Assembly (NCBI GenBank): GCA_045637095.1
Contig: JAZTYX010000052.1
Location: forward strand, 1-59,027
DNA length: 59,027 nt
Direction of reading: 5' to 3'
Source of the DNA: Clostridia bacterium
Lineage (GTDB): Bacteria; Bacillota; Clostridia; TANB77; CAG-465
Part shown: positions 19,986 through 30,297 of the stretch, piece after piece
Position numbering within the stretch: position 1 is the first letter of the stretch
How the letters are laid out: each line of letters opens with the position of its first letter
Program-made: the position numbers and the translations under genes
The notes under the pieces: generated by a model
Told to the model about the DNA's origin: nothing
What the model saw: the letters and a program-made list of their open reading frames with translations, nothing else
The model's database searches: none

Positions 19986-21353
19986 ATGAGTGAATTTACA
20001 ATTAAAGATATAGTTGCATTATGCAAAAACAGAGGATTTATATATCCTGGTTCAGAAATATATGGTGGTCTTGCAAACACTTGGGATTATGGTCCTTTAG
20101 GTACAAGACTTAAAAATAACATAAAAGATACTTGGAGAAAAAGATTTATCCAAGAAAGAAAAAACAGCTTTGAAGTTGACGCAGACATATTAATGCATCC
20201 AAGAGTATGGGAAGCAAGTGGTCACGTAGCAAGTTTCTCAGATCCGCTTCTAGACTGTAAAGAATGTAAAATGAGACTTAGAGCAGATAATCTAATAAAT
20301 GATTTTGATGAAAATGCTCACGCAGATGGTATGACTAAAGAACAAATGGTAGAATACATTACTGAACACAAAATACCATGTCCAAAATGCGGAAGCTCTA
20401 ATTTTACAGGTATTAGAGAATTTAACTTAATGTTTGCTACACAAAGAGGTGTAACAGCAGACAATCAATTAACAATATACTTAAGACCAGAAAATGCTCA
20501 AGGTGAGTATGTTAACTTCTTAAATGTTCAAAGAACAATGAGAGCTAAACTTCCATTTAGTATTGGTCAAATAGGTAAAGCATTTAGAAATGAAATAACA
20601 CCAGGTAACTTTACATTTAGAACAATAGAATTCGAACAAATGGAATTCCAAACATTCTGTAAAGAAGGACAAGATGAAGAGTTATATGCATACTTCAAAG
20701 AATATGGTAAAAAATATTTCATGGATTTAGGTTTACCAGCTGAAAAATTAAGATATCATGATCATGAAAAATTAGCATTCTATGCTAAAGCAGCTTGTGA
20801 TATAGAATACTTATTCCCATTTGGTTGGGGTGAAATAAACGGTACTCACAACAGAACAAACTATGACTTAACAAGACACCAAGAATTTAGTGGTACAAGA
20901 CAAGAATATATCGATCTTGAAACTAACGAAAGATATATTCCATATATCATTGAATCTACATATGGTCTAGACAGAACAGTTCTAGCTGTAATGTGTGAAG
21001 CTTATGAAGTTCAACAATTAGGTGAAGGTGATGAAAGAGTAGTATTACACTTAAGTCCAAGAATAGCTCCAATTAAAGTAGCAGTTCTTCCTTTATCTAA
21101 GAAATTATCTGAAAAAGCTAACGAAGTATATGATATGCTAAGAGCAAAATATATGTGTGATTACGATGAATCTGGAAGTATCGGTAAGAGATATAGAAGA
21201 CAAGATGAAATTGGTACTCCATACTGTATTACAGTAGACTTTGATACATTAGAAGATGGTACAGTAACAGTAAGAGATAGAGATACTATGGAACAAGTAA
21301 GAGTTAAGATAGATGAACTTGAAGCTTACTTTGGAAATAGATTTGATATCTAA
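19986..21353 (+). CDS. glyQS: Glycyl-tRNA synthetase (alpha2 type)
   Basis: RGFIYPGSEIYGG, WDYGPLG, LRPENAQG, GKAFRNEITP, EFEQME, SIGKRYRRQDEIGTP; ATG 19986 more likely than TTG 19962. Confidence 0.97.
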   Translation: MSEFTIKDIVALCKNRGFIYPGSEIYGGLANTWDYGPLGTRLKNNIKDTWRKRFIQERKNSFEVDADILMHPRVWEASGHVASFSDPLLDCKECKMRLRADNLINDFDENAHADGMTKEQMVEYITEHKIPCPKCGSSNFTGIREFNLMFATQRGVTADNQLTIYLRPENAQGEYVNFLNVQRTMRAKLPFSIGQIGKAFRNEITPGNFTFRTIEFEQMEFQTFCKEGQDEELYAYFKEYGKKYFMDLGLPAEKLRYHDHEKLAFYAKAACDIEYLFPFGWGEINGTHNRTNYDLTRHQEFSGTRQEYIDLETNERYIPYIIESTYGLDRTVLAVMCEAYEVQQLGEGDERVVLHLSPRIAPIKVAVLPLSKKLSEKANEVYDMLRAKYMCDYDESGSIGKRYRRQDEIGTPYCITVDFDTLEDGTVTVRDRDTMEQVRVKIDELEAYFGNRFDI

Positions 21354-21460
21354 TTAAAGTAATAAATAAAATATTTATAAAGCTTGGACATATACATATG
21401 GTTATGATATAATAACCGTATGTAAAGCCAAGCTTTATTGTTTTAATAGGGGGTATATAA

Positions 21461-22402
21461 ATGAAGCAAAAAATATCGGTAATAGCACCTTGCTATAATG
21501 AAGAGGAAGTAGTAGATAAATTTTATGATAGAATGTCAAAAGTATTAAAAGGATTTACGGATTATGATTATGAGATGATATTCGTAAATGATGGAAGTAA
21601 AGATAATACTTTAGATATGCTTGTAGATTTAGCGAATAAAGATGAAAATGTTAAAGTGGTTTCTTTCTCAAGAAACTTTGGACATCAGGCAGCAGTTACA
21701 GCTGGTATGAGAAACAGTTCTGGAGATGCTGTGGTAATTATAGACGTAGACTTACAAGATCCACCAGAAACAATTGGGGATATGGTAGAACTTTGGAAAC
21801 AAGGAAATGATGTTGTATATGCAGTAAGAAAAACTCGTGAGGGTGAAAGCAAATTTAAGTTAATGACAGCTAAAGCTTTCTATAGATTACTTAATAAATT
21901 ATCTGATGTATATATTCCATTAGATACGGGAGATTTTAGATTAATAGATAGAAAAGTGGTAGATGTAATATGTTCTATGCCAGAACACAATAAATTCTTA
22001 AGAGGATTAGGTAGTTGGGTAGGATTTAAGCAAATACCATATGAATATGATAGAAAACAAAGAGCTGCAGGAAAGACTAAATATCCATTAAAGAAAATGC
22101 TTAAATTAGCACTTGATGGTATGATTAGCTTTTCAACTAAGCCACTTAAAATAATTGCTGGACTTGGAATATTTAATATAATATTATCTTTTGCAATTTT
22201 AGTATATGCACTATGTTCATATATATTTGAGCTAAATACATTAATGCCAGGTTGGACATCTATAATGGTAACAATGACATTTATGTTTGGTATGCTATTT
22301 ATAGCTATATGGATACTTGCAGAATACATTTCTAGAATATATGATGAAACAAGAAAGAGACCAGAATATATTATTAGAGATAAATTTAATTTAGACAAGT
22401 AG
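21461..22402 (+). CDS. GT2 polyprenol-phosphate glycosyltransferase (GtrB/YkoT-like)
   Basis: PCYNEE, VNDGSKD, FSRNFGHQAA, DVDLQDPP, DTGDFRL, two C-terminal TMs. Confidence 0.93.
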   Translation: MKQKISVIAPCYNEEEVVDKFYDRMSKVLKGFTDYDYEMIFVNDGSKDNTLDMLVDLANKDENVKVVSFSRNFGHQAAVTAGMRNSSGDAVVIIDVDLQDPPETIGDMVELWKQGNDVVYAVRKTREGESKFKLMTAKAFYRLLNKLSDVYIPLDTGDFRLIDRKVVDVICSMPEHNKFLRGLGSWVGFKQIPYEYDRKQRAAGKTKYPLKKMLKLALDGMISFSTKPLKIIAGLGIFNIILSFAILVYALCSYIFELNTLMPGWTSIMVTMTFMFGMLFIAIWILAEYISRIYDETRKRPEYIIRDKFNLDK

Positions 22403-22409
22403 GTGTAAT

Positions 22410-23861
22410 ATGGGGAAAGTTAATATAAAGAAAAACATAGCGCCTATATTACTTATAATAGCAATGGTAGTAAGTATTATAATACTATGCCCAAAACCAA
22501 TGCAAAACGATACTTTTTGGAGTATAAAAGTGGGTGAAAAGCTTGTTAAAGATGGAATTTGGGATGTTGATCCGTTTTCTATGCATGACGGCTTGAAATA
22601 TGTTGCACACCATTTCTTTACAGATGTAGTAATATATTTTGCATATGTACTAGGTGGATTTACAGGGTTATATGTATTAGAAATATTGATGGCACTTGGA
22701 CTTGCATGGATACTTTATTTATTAAATAAGGAGCTGTGTGGAAGTAAAAAGCTATCTTATTCAATGCTTTGTGTACAAATGGTTTTACTTACATTATTTA
22801 TTTCTGTTAGAGCACAAATGATAAGTTATATGTTATTTGCTCTTGAGTTGCTATTGTTAGAAAAGAGTAGAAAACAAGATAAGCTTAAATATTATATAGG
22901 TCTTGGGATAATACCATTGTTGCTTACAAACTTCCATATGGGAGTAGCTCCATTTTACTTTATACTTTTAGGAGTATATGGTTTAGATGCATTAAATATT
23001 AAGTTTTTATGGTTAAAAACAAATACTAAACCAGATAGCAAAAGATTTAGAAAATTAATACTTTTAGGTATAATTGGGATAGTGTTGCTGTTTGTTAATC
23101 CATATGGAATAGATGGAGTAGTGTATTGTTTCAAAACTTTAGGAAATGACTTTATAAATACATATATAGATGAATTCCAACCATTCTCAATGAGAGATAG
23201 TATTACAATGTTACATGTATTTTATATAATATTTGTATTATTTGTATTCATGGTAAGTAAAGCAAAAGTAGAACTAAAAGATATGCTTTTAATATTTGGA
23301 ACATTGTTTATGCATTTTACAGCATATAGATATACAAGTTTATTTATAATATGTAGTGCAGTAATAGTTAAATATATACTAAGCATAATAAAGACAATGG
23401 AGCTAGAAAAAGTAGACAAAATAGCATTTGTTGTAACAAGTATACTAGTTATGTTAGTACTTGGTGTGGATATGCTTTCTACTAGAAATATGGATTATCT
23501 AGAAGATGCTGTTGCTCCAGTAAAAGCAGTTGAAGTATTAAAAGAAAATATAGACAAAGATACTATTTTATACAATGAATATATTTGGGGAGGATACCTA
23601 ATATTAAATGACATTGAGGTGTTTATAGATTCGAGAGCAGATTTGTATACTGAAGAATATAATGAAGGAATAACTGTAGCAAAAGATTTTGCAAAGATTC
23701 AAATGTTACAAGAAGGATATAAAGAGGCAATTAAGAAGTATAACTTTAATACATATTTAGTACATACTAACTCATTAACTTCTAGAATGTTAGATGATAA
23801 AGAGGATATTGAATGCATTTATACTGATGATACAGCTAGTATATATAAAAAAATAAAATAA
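22410..23861 (+). CDS. Polytopic membrane protein, GT-C-like glycosyltransferase
   Basis: NDTFWSIKVG after first TM, about 11 TMs, NPYG, YNEYIWGGYL, VFIDSRADLY; coupled to the GT2 gene. Confidence 0.65.
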   Translation: MGKVNIKKNIAPILLIIAMVVSIIILCPKPMQNDTFWSIKVGEKLVKDGIWDVDPFSMHDGLKYVAHHFFTDVVIYFAYVLGGFTGLYVLEILMALGLAWILYLLNKELCGSKKLSYSMLCVQMVLLTLFISVRAQMISYMLFALELLLLEKSRKQDKLKYYIGLGIIPLLLTNFHMGVAPFYFILLGVYGLDALNIKFLWLKTNTKPDSKRFRKLILLGIIGIVLLFVNPYGIDGVVYCFKTLGNDFINTYIDEFQPFSMRDSITMLHVFYIIFVLFVFMVSKAKVELKDMLLIFGTLFMHFTAYRYTSLFIICSAVIVKYILSIIKTMELEKVDKIAFVVTSILVMLVLGVDMLSTRNMDYLEDAVAPVKAVEVLKENIDKDTILYNEYIWGGYLILNDIEVFIDSRADLYTEEYNEGITVAKDFAKIQMLQEGYKEAIKKYNFNTYLVHTNSLTSRMLDDKEDIECIYTDDTASIYKKIK

Positions 23862-23985
23862 TAGAATAATAAAAATATATACGTAAAGAATAACAACTAC
23901 AGTTGTTATTCTTTTTTATTTCTAAAAACTATTCCATTTTGAAAAAATATGTAATATAATCATAAAAGATAATGGGGGACTATAT

Positions 23986-25032
23986 ATGGAAAATTATGAA
24001 GAACTAAAAAAACATGTAAACATATTATTAGTAGACGATGATTTGGACTACATACAAGTAACGGCCTTTTTCTTAAAAACAAAAGGATATAATGTAGATA
24101 TTGCGACTAGTGGTTCGGATGCAATAAACAAGGTAAGCAATGGTAATTTCCATATTATATTGTTGGACTATTATATGCCTGAACTTACAGGAGAAGATGT
24201 AGTAAATAAAATACGTGAGTTTAATGATAGAGTTATAATAATATTACAAACTGGATTTGCTGGTCAACAACCACCAGAAGAAACATTAAAAAGACTTAAT
24301 ATACAAAATTATCACGACAAATCTGATGGCGTAGAGAAGTTATTATTACAAGTAACGGCAGCAGTTAGAATATTTAATCAACAAAATTTAATTGAACTTT
24401 CTAGATATAGAATAAATGCTATGGGAAAACTAGTTAAAGGGATAGCTGAAGAATTAAAAACTCCGCTACTATCTATAGGAGCTAGTATGGAAGCAACAAA
24501 AATGCTTGTAGAAAGCATAAAGTCTGAAACAGGCGATGAAGCTTATGGTAAGTTAAATGCAGCATATTTAAATAGCAAGAGCCAAATAGAAAGAATAGAT
24601 AAGATTTGTAAAACAATAATAAATCAAACAGATGAAGGTAGTGCAAAAGTAGGACTTACAGTTGGAGATATTATTGAAACATTAAAACTTATGACTGCAA
24701 ATGAAATGAGAAGTAAATGTGTTACATTTGAAGAAAATGTATCATTAAAAACGGATTCGTATGTATACGGAGCTATTGATGATGTAATATTTATACTTTG
24801 TGAGATTGTACACAAGTTAGTTGAAAAATCTGAAATGGGAGATAAAATTTTATTAAATATGCGTGAAAATGATACAGCTTGGTACATTTCATTAAGTAGT
24901 GATAAATCTCACTTATTAAACAAAACTCAAATATATTTAATAAAAAATATAACTGGAAGAATTGCAGATGTTGGATTTGAGGAAGTTGCAAATCAATATG
25001 TAATTGAATTAAAGAAGAACAAAGGAGAATAA
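23986..25032 (+). CDS. Response regulator receiver fused to a degenerate histidine-kinase-like module
   Basis: ILLVDDD..LLDYYMP receiver; GIAEELKTPL H-box without His; no recognisable N or G boxes. Confidence 0.8.
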   Translation: MENYEELKKHVNILLVDDDLDYIQVTAFFLKTKGYNVDIATSGSDAINKVSNGNFHIILLDYYMPELTGEDVVNKIREFNDRVIIILQTGFAGQQPPEETLKRLNIQNYHDKSDGVEKLLLQVTAAVRIFNQQNLIELSRYRINAMGKLVKGIAEELKTPLLSIGASMEATKMLVESIKSETGDEAYGKLNAAYLNSKSQIERIDKICKTIINQTDEGSAKVGLTVGDIIETLKLMTANEMRSKCVTFEENVSLKTDSYVYGAIDDVIFILCEIVHKLVEKSEMGDKILLNMRENDTAWYISLSSDKSHLLNKTQIYLIKNITGRIADVGFEEVANQYVIELKKNKGE

Positions 25033-25034
25033 TT

Positions 25035-25205
25035 ATGGGTGGAAATAAATTAATGGGTATAGCTGTAATAATATTAGGAATAGCTTTTATAGTATTAGGA
25101 ATGGGAATGGCATATCGTAATATGAATGCAGCACCTGATACAAATACAGATGATACTAATGTAAAACCATATACTGAATCTGTTTATCTAGAAGTAATGG
25201 AATAA
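25035..25205 (+). CDS. 56-aa single-pass membrane protein
   Basis: AAGGAG RBS, MGGNKLMGIAVIILGIAFIVLGMGMAY...; follows the regulator before a terminator. Confidence 0.6.
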   Translation: MGGNKLMGIAVIILGIAFIVLGMGMAYRNMNAAPDTNTDDTNVKPYTESVYLEVME

Positions 25206-25303
25206 CTAACAATAAGTTAATAAATATAGAGACTATTTAATTAGTCTCTTTTATTTTTTCTATTGGCAAAAGTAAAAAAATATAGTATAATATTAAAGTA
25301 CAC

Positions 25304-25658
25304 GGGGGTGTACTGGTTTCGACGGCTATTTTAAAGTACAGGTAGCGAGTAGTGGATGGTCGCTTTGGCCACTATAAAAAAGCGAAATTTTAAATTTAAA
25401 CGCTGATAATAGATTAGCAATGGCTGCTTAGTATAGCGCCTGTTCATATATTTTTCGCCGTAGGGAATATATGGGCATCAATTATACGGAAAACAAAGTT
25501 ATTCTTGCCATTGGAATAATGGGTAACAAAATGGCTACTGGATATAAGTTTTGTATCTATTACAAGTATCTGGGAAACAACAAATAGATACTGCACTCGG
25601 AGAAGCAGGTATGTATAGAAATTTTCGGACATGGGTTCAATTCCCATCACCTCCACCA
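25304..25658 (+). ncRNA. ssrA: tmRNA; tag peptide (A)ADNRLAMAA at 25402-25431
   Basis: 5' GGGGGTGTACTGGTTTCGAC, 3' GGTTCAATTCCCATCACCTCCACCA, G3-U acceptor pair, tag ORF ending in AA-stop. Confidence 0.96.
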
Positions 25659-25661
25659 AAT

Positions 25662-25693
25662 AAAACACTAATCAGAAATGGTTAGTGTTTTTT
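25662..25693 (+). terminator. tmRNA terminator
   Basis: AAAACACTAATC-AGAAAT-GGTTAGTGTTTT plus T run. Confidence 0.8.
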
Positions 25694-25834
25694 GTTTTAT
25701 TAAATTTTTTCTTGTATATGTGCTAACTTGATTTATTATGTAAATTAGTGTATACTTATAGCGGTATATTTAATGAATCCTTTTTATGGATGATTGTATC
25801 ATTTAACAAAATAATTATTTTAGGAGGATAGCTA

Positions 25835-26338
25835 ATGCTTTCGAAAGAACAAAAAGAAAAATTACGGAAGATACATATCTATGAATTGTCTAACGAAGAA
25901 AAGAAAGGCAAAGCAATTGTAAGAAAGTTAATTCCAAAAGGAAAGAAGGACAAAGAAAAATCTTGCTGGAAAGAGGTTGTATTTAAGATTCCCAGTACTT
26001 ATGAAATACTTGAGGATGTTATTGTACGTATCTTGGCGAATGGTTTTACGAGTGTAGAAAGAGTTGCTCCGGCAAATGCAAATTGTATTGTACGAGTTTA
26101 TCAGAAATTGCACTATAATTACGATTCGAGTATGATATTCAATTTGTATGGTGCAGATGTTTTTGTAAGACACGGATCTAGATGGACCTCAGAATGTGAA
26201 GGGACTGGAAGAGAGTTTTATTTAGACTATACAAAATGTTTGGTAGGTCAGTGGCTTTACCAAGACGAGGAAATTATTTTTGATACAGATTTTGTAGATT
26301 TCTATGTCAGAGTAATTCCTGAAGAAAAACAAGTATAA
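25835..26338 (+). CDS. Hypothetical protein (islet downstream of ssrA)
   Basis: AGGAGG RBS, 167-aa ORF; codon usage differs from host genes; in-frame CGG at codon 11. Confidence 0.65.
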   Translation: MLSKEQKEKLRKIHIYELSNEEKKGKAIVRKLIPKGKKDKEKSCWKEVVFKIPSTYEILEDVIVRILANGFTSVERVAPANANCIVRVYQKLHYNYDSSMIFNLYGADVFVRHGSRWTSECEGTGREFYLDYTKCLVGQWLYQDEEIIFDTDFVDFYVRVIPEEKQV

Positions 26339-26363
26339 CGTTTATCAAACAGGAGGAAGAATA

Positions 26364-26525
26364 ATGTTTGGAGTTAGTTTAACAGTTGTTTTAATTGCAG
26401 CTCTTGTAGGGGCAGTTATAGGCGGTGCGGTAGTGGGCTTTGTGTGTTATCGTAAGGGATACAACAAGATGCATAAAGAAGCGCATGAGTATGCAAAGTT
26501 GCACCTGCTTGGATTTAATCTATAA
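26364..26525 (+). CDS. 53-aa membrane peptide
   Basis: AGGAGG RBS; MFGVSLTVVLIAALVGAVIGGAVVGFVCYRKGY... Confidence 0.6.
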   Translation: MFGVSLTVVLIAALVGAVIGGAVVGFVCYRKGYNKMHKEAHEYAKLHLLGFNL

Positions 26526-26546
26526 AATAAAACTGGAGGAAAAAAC

Positions 26547-27902
26547 ATGAAGATAACAGAACTACCGGCATACATACGGTTAAGAGAATGGTTTGATTCT
26601 AAGGGTTATACCGAAGGAATAAAGGACGACATGCCAATATATTGTTGGGATGGCGCTTGGCATCGTTCAAGTAATCTGGAAACCGGACATTATGTGTACG
26701 GAATTGAACATTCGCGTATCAAATTTGTTGATGTACCAGTTATGCACAGAACAAGAGAATTTTTCTTGCATGCATTATCTGGTGCATATGAAGAGCTTGT
26801 TGGATATGTAAAAAATCACATTACGGATTTCGATAAGCAATTCTTCAAAGATCACATAGCAACGGAATATTACTGCCTTGAGTTTGCTTTAAACGATTTT
26901 GAGTATATGCCTCTTGAATACATTGATGAAGAGATGGTGGCGTGTGCTATGTTTAGGGCAATAAATATGCGCTACGTTGAAAGACGAGGCGATTGTGATG
27001 ACTGGTTCTATTCTGTATATAGAAGAAAACCTGAAGTACTTACTCAAGATTTGTATATCCTTGGCGCACGTTGCTTTGGCGAAAGAAGAGGTGGAGTAAA
27101 CAAATTTCTTGAAATTACACCTGAAGAATATAGAACACCAGAATATTACCTTGCATTGTGTCTAAATAATAGCACACCTGTCATGGAAGATATTCCGGAG
27201 AATATTCTTACCACAAGTTTTCTTGTAACATTGCTTAATGATGATGTAGAAAATATTCGTGCATTTAGCGCGAAGGCTCTTGAAAGAGAAGCTATGATGC
27301 AAGATAAGGGAATGGTAAAGTTCTGGCAGGCGGCTGTAATTAACAAGGGATATTCCATAAGAGATATTCCGCTTAATGAAGAGCGAATAAACTTTTTCTT
27401 GTCGCTCTATCCTAAGGATAGTTCGGAGTATGAGTTCGGTTTCAAGAGACATTACAAGGAATACCTTAGAGAAAAGAATGGTGAGGAAAGACCGAGAAAT
27501 ACCACAAGTGAGCTTGCAGGTATGATGGCGCTTATGGGTGCTATGTCTGGTATACCTAACGATGAAGCAATCGACCAAAGTACTCAGTTTATGAAAGGGA
27601 CAACCAATAGAAAAACACATCTTCCTATACATTATGCTAATAGGGTGCCTGAAAAGTATTCTAAGGTATATGATAAAGAAGAGTATTTATTGGAAGTGTA
27701 CAAGAAACTTGGTATTCAGGTTGAAGGTGAATCTGATTGGTTTTATTATGATGTCATTATTCCGGAAACTCTTTCGGTATCTATGGTTGATGGAGACTAT
27801 GTTGTAAAAGATGAAAAAGGAAATATTCTTATTCGTTATTACGACAGGGGACCGTTTTACGACAGATCTGTTAATGTAACAGAGATTAATGTTACACTTT
27901 AA
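26547..27902 (+). CDS. Hypothetical protein with short helical repeats (islet downstream of ssrA)
   Basis: GGAGG RBS, 451-aa ORF, recurring xxP....T.E units; in-frame CGG at codon 11. Confidence 0.75.
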   Translation: MKITELPAYIRLREWFDSKGYTEGIKDDMPIYCWDGAWHRSSNLETGHYVYGIEHSRIKFVDVPVMHRTREFFLHALSGAYEELVGYVKNHITDFDKQFFKDHIATEYYCLEFALNDFEYMPLEYIDEEMVACAMFRAINMRYVERRGDCDDWFYSVYRRKPEVLTQDLYILGARCFGERRGGVNKFLEITPEEYRTPEYYLALCLNNSTPVMEDIPENILTTSFLVTLLNDDVENIRAFSAKALEREAMMQDKGMVKFWQAAVINKGYSIRDIPLNEERINFFLSLYPKDSSEYEFGFKRHYKEYLREKNGEERPRNTTSELAGMMALMGAMSGIPNDEAIDQSTQFMKGTTNRKTHLPIHYANRVPEKYSKVYDKEEYLLEVYKKLGIQVEGESDWFYYDVIIPETLSVSMVDGDYVVKDEKGNILIRYYDRGPFYDRSVNVTEINVTL

Positions 27903-28034
27903 CAAATTAACAAATATTAAAGAGGAGTTCTACATTTGTAGAGCTCTTCTTTATTTTTTTATACATATTATATACTTAACTTGCATTTGAAAAACACTTA
28001 ATATATAATGTGCTTATTAAGGGGGAGACTAAAG

Positions 28035-29342
28035 ATGAAAGAAGTTTCACTAAATTTTGAAGGTCTAATATATTATATTGAAGATGAAGAAATGAAACAA
28101 ATGGAGCCAGCGGTTTTAGCTGCTCATGATATGTTAGAAGAAAGAACAGGCGCAGGAAGAAGTATGCTAGGATGGAAGGACTTGCCTGAAAGAATTACAG
28201 AAGAAGAAATCGCTAAAATTAAAGAAGCGGCGGATAAGATAAGAACTCAAGCTGAAGTGCTTGTTGTAATAGGAACAGGGGGATCATATTTAGGTGCAAA
28301 AGCAGTTATAGACATGCTATCTGATCCGTTATATAACATGCAACCAAACAGCAAGAGAAATGGGCCACAAGTATTGTTTGTGGGTAATAACTTAAGTGGT
28401 AAATATTTAAGAAGTGTAATTGAATATATTGAAGATAAAGATGTAGCTATAAATGTTATATCTAAATCTGGTACTACATTAGAACCGGCAATTGCTTTTA
28501 GAATATTAAAATTATTTATGGAAGAAAAGTATGGTATAAGTGGTGCTGCTGAAAGAATATATGTAACTACTGATGCTGAAAAAGGATTATTAAGAGAAAT
28601 AGCTATAAAAGAAGGCTATGAAACATTCATAATTCCTCATGATGTAGGTGGAAGATATTCAGTTCTATCTCCAGTAGGGTTATTACCAATAGCAGTAGCA
28701 GGAATAAATTTTGAAGATATTCTAGATGGCGCATTATTTGCAAGACATATGTTTAATGTACGTAAGCTAGAAGATAACGATTGTTACAAATATGCTGCAG
28801 CAAGAAATATACTACATAGAAAAGGTAAAGATATTGAAGTAATGGCAGCGTATGAACCTTCTTTACAATATTTTATCGAATGGTATAAACAACTATTTGG
28901 TGAAAGCGAAGGTAAAGATGGTAAGGGAATATTCCCAGCTGGTGTTACATTTACAGCAGATTTACATTCTATGGGACAATTATTACAAGATGGTAAGAGA
29001 AACTTATTTGAAACAGTTCTTAATATCGATGTAGATAAGAGCTTTATAAAAGTTCCTGAAATAGAAAACAGCATGGACAATCTAGATTATATAGCAGGAA
29101 AGACAATAGCAGAAATAAACAAGGTTGCAGAGAAAGCAACATGCATGGCTCACATGGAAGGTGGCGTGCCAATTATAGAAATAAACATTAAGGAACTTAA
29201 CGCATATAGCGTTGGCCAATTAATATACTTCTTTGAAAAAGCATGTGCAATAAGCGGATACATGTTAGGAGTAAATCCATTTGATCAACCAGGTGTTGAA
29301 GAATACAAGAGAAGAATGCGTGAGATGCTAAATAGAGATTAA
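28035..29342 (+). CDS. pgi: Glucose-6-phosphate isomerase
   Basis: GTGGSYLGA, ISKSGTTLEP, VGGRYSVL, QLFGESEGK, DLHSMGQ, NPFDQPGVEEYK. Confidence 0.97.
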   Translation: MKEVSLNFEGLIYYIEDEEMKQMEPAVLAAHDMLEERTGAGRSMLGWKDLPERITEEEIAKIKEAADKIRTQAEVLVVIGTGGSYLGAKAVIDMLSDPLYNMQPNSKRNGPQVLFVGNNLSGKYLRSVIEYIEDKDVAINVISKSGTTLEPAIAFRILKLFMEEKYGISGAAERIYVTTDAEKGLLREIAIKEGYETFIIPHDVGGRYSVLSPVGLLPIAVAGINFEDILDGALFARHMFNVRKLEDNDCYKYAAARNILHRKGKDIEVMAAYEPSLQYFIEWYKQLFGESEGKDGKGIFPAGVTFTADLHSMGQLLQDGKRNLFETVLNIDVDKSFIKVPEIENSMDNLDYIAGKTIAEINKVAEKATCMAHMEGGVPIIEINIKELNAYSVGQLIYFFEKACAISGYMLGVNPFDQPGVEEYKRRMREMLNRD

Positions 29343-29352
29343 GGATAGTAGA

Positions 29353-30180
29353 ATGAAGAATATATTTAAGTTCGGTATAACTGGCAACACATTAAAATTA
29401 ATAGCTTTAATAACTATGGTATTAGACCACATTGGATACTATTTTGCCAGTGAATTAGACTATGGAGTGATATTAACATTAAGATGGCTAGGAAGAATGG
29501 CTATGCCAATATATACATATTTAGTAGTACAAGGCTTTTTCTATACTAAAGATTTCAAAAAGTACATATGTAGAATGTTTGTATGGGCTCTGGTAACGCA
29601 AGCAAGTGTAGCGGTGATAGGATATATAGGCTTCAGAATTACTGAAATGTATTATCCACAAGTTTGTGAGAGCTTGAATGTGTTATTTACATACGCAATA
29701 GCATTAATAATATTAAAGTTATTGCATGAAAGAATTATTATAAAAAAATGGGATTATACTAAAAACTTGAGCGTAAGATTACTTTTAACAATAGTTTTAT
29801 GTTCGATAGTAGTTGTAGCACCTATGGATTATTCATATATAGGTTTAGTGTTATCTATATTATTCTATTTCATAGAGAAATATAAAACTAAATATTTAAT
29901 ATGGATGGAAGGATTTAGACAAGGATTAGGTAAGTATATTAAGTTTGATGATTCTAAAGTTGTAAAAATAGTATATATATTAGTATTAACCTTAGCATTA
30001 GCTGCTCTAGCACCTGTAGAGCCATATCCTCTTCCAGTAATATTAGCTATAATACCGATAGGTTTATATAATGGAGAAAGAGGAAATAAGTCAAAAATAT
30101 TAAAATATGGTTACTATTTAGCATTCCCTTTGCAACATGTTTTACTATATTCGCTAGCAATAATGTTCGTGTTAACATAA
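29353..30180 (+). CDS. TraX-family membrane acyltransferase (pilin acetylase-like)
   Basis: LKLIALITMVLDHIG, LGRMAMPIY....GF.YT.D..KY, NVLFT, LYNGERG, YYLAFPLQH. Confidence 0.85.
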   Translation: MKNIFKFGITGNTLKLIALITMVLDHIGYYFASELDYGVILTLRWLGRMAMPIYTYLVVQGFFYTKDFKKYICRMFVWALVTQASVAVIGYIGFRITEMYYPQVCESLNVLFTYAIALIILKLLHERIIIKKWDYTKNLSVRLLLTIVLCSIVVVAPMDYSYIGLVLSILFYFIEKYKTKYLIWMEGFRQGLGKYIKFDDSKVVKIVYILVLTLALAALAPVEPYPLPVILAIIPIGLYNGERGNKSKILKYGYYLAFPLQHVLLYSLAIMFVLT

Positions 30181-30297
30181 TTTTAACATTTTTCTTTACT
30201 TTTAATGTGCGCTGTGGTATAATTTTATTGTATTTAGGAATTATTTCGGTCTAAAATACATAAGAATAAGTATAAAAGCACATAAGGAGGAAAGAAA

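Noticed and set aside
19986-21353. glyQS lying next to three of the CGG-to-Gly sites as a functional link
   Set aside because: The enzyme looks ordinary and the fourth site is 16 kb away; adjacency is probably coincidental. No T-box leader was recognised.
25444-25668. Minus-strand 74-aa ORF
   Set aside because: Antisense to tmRNA.
25659-27960. Integrated prophage or ICE at ssrA
   Set aside because: No integrase and no duplicated tmRNA 3' end seen; treated only as a small islet.
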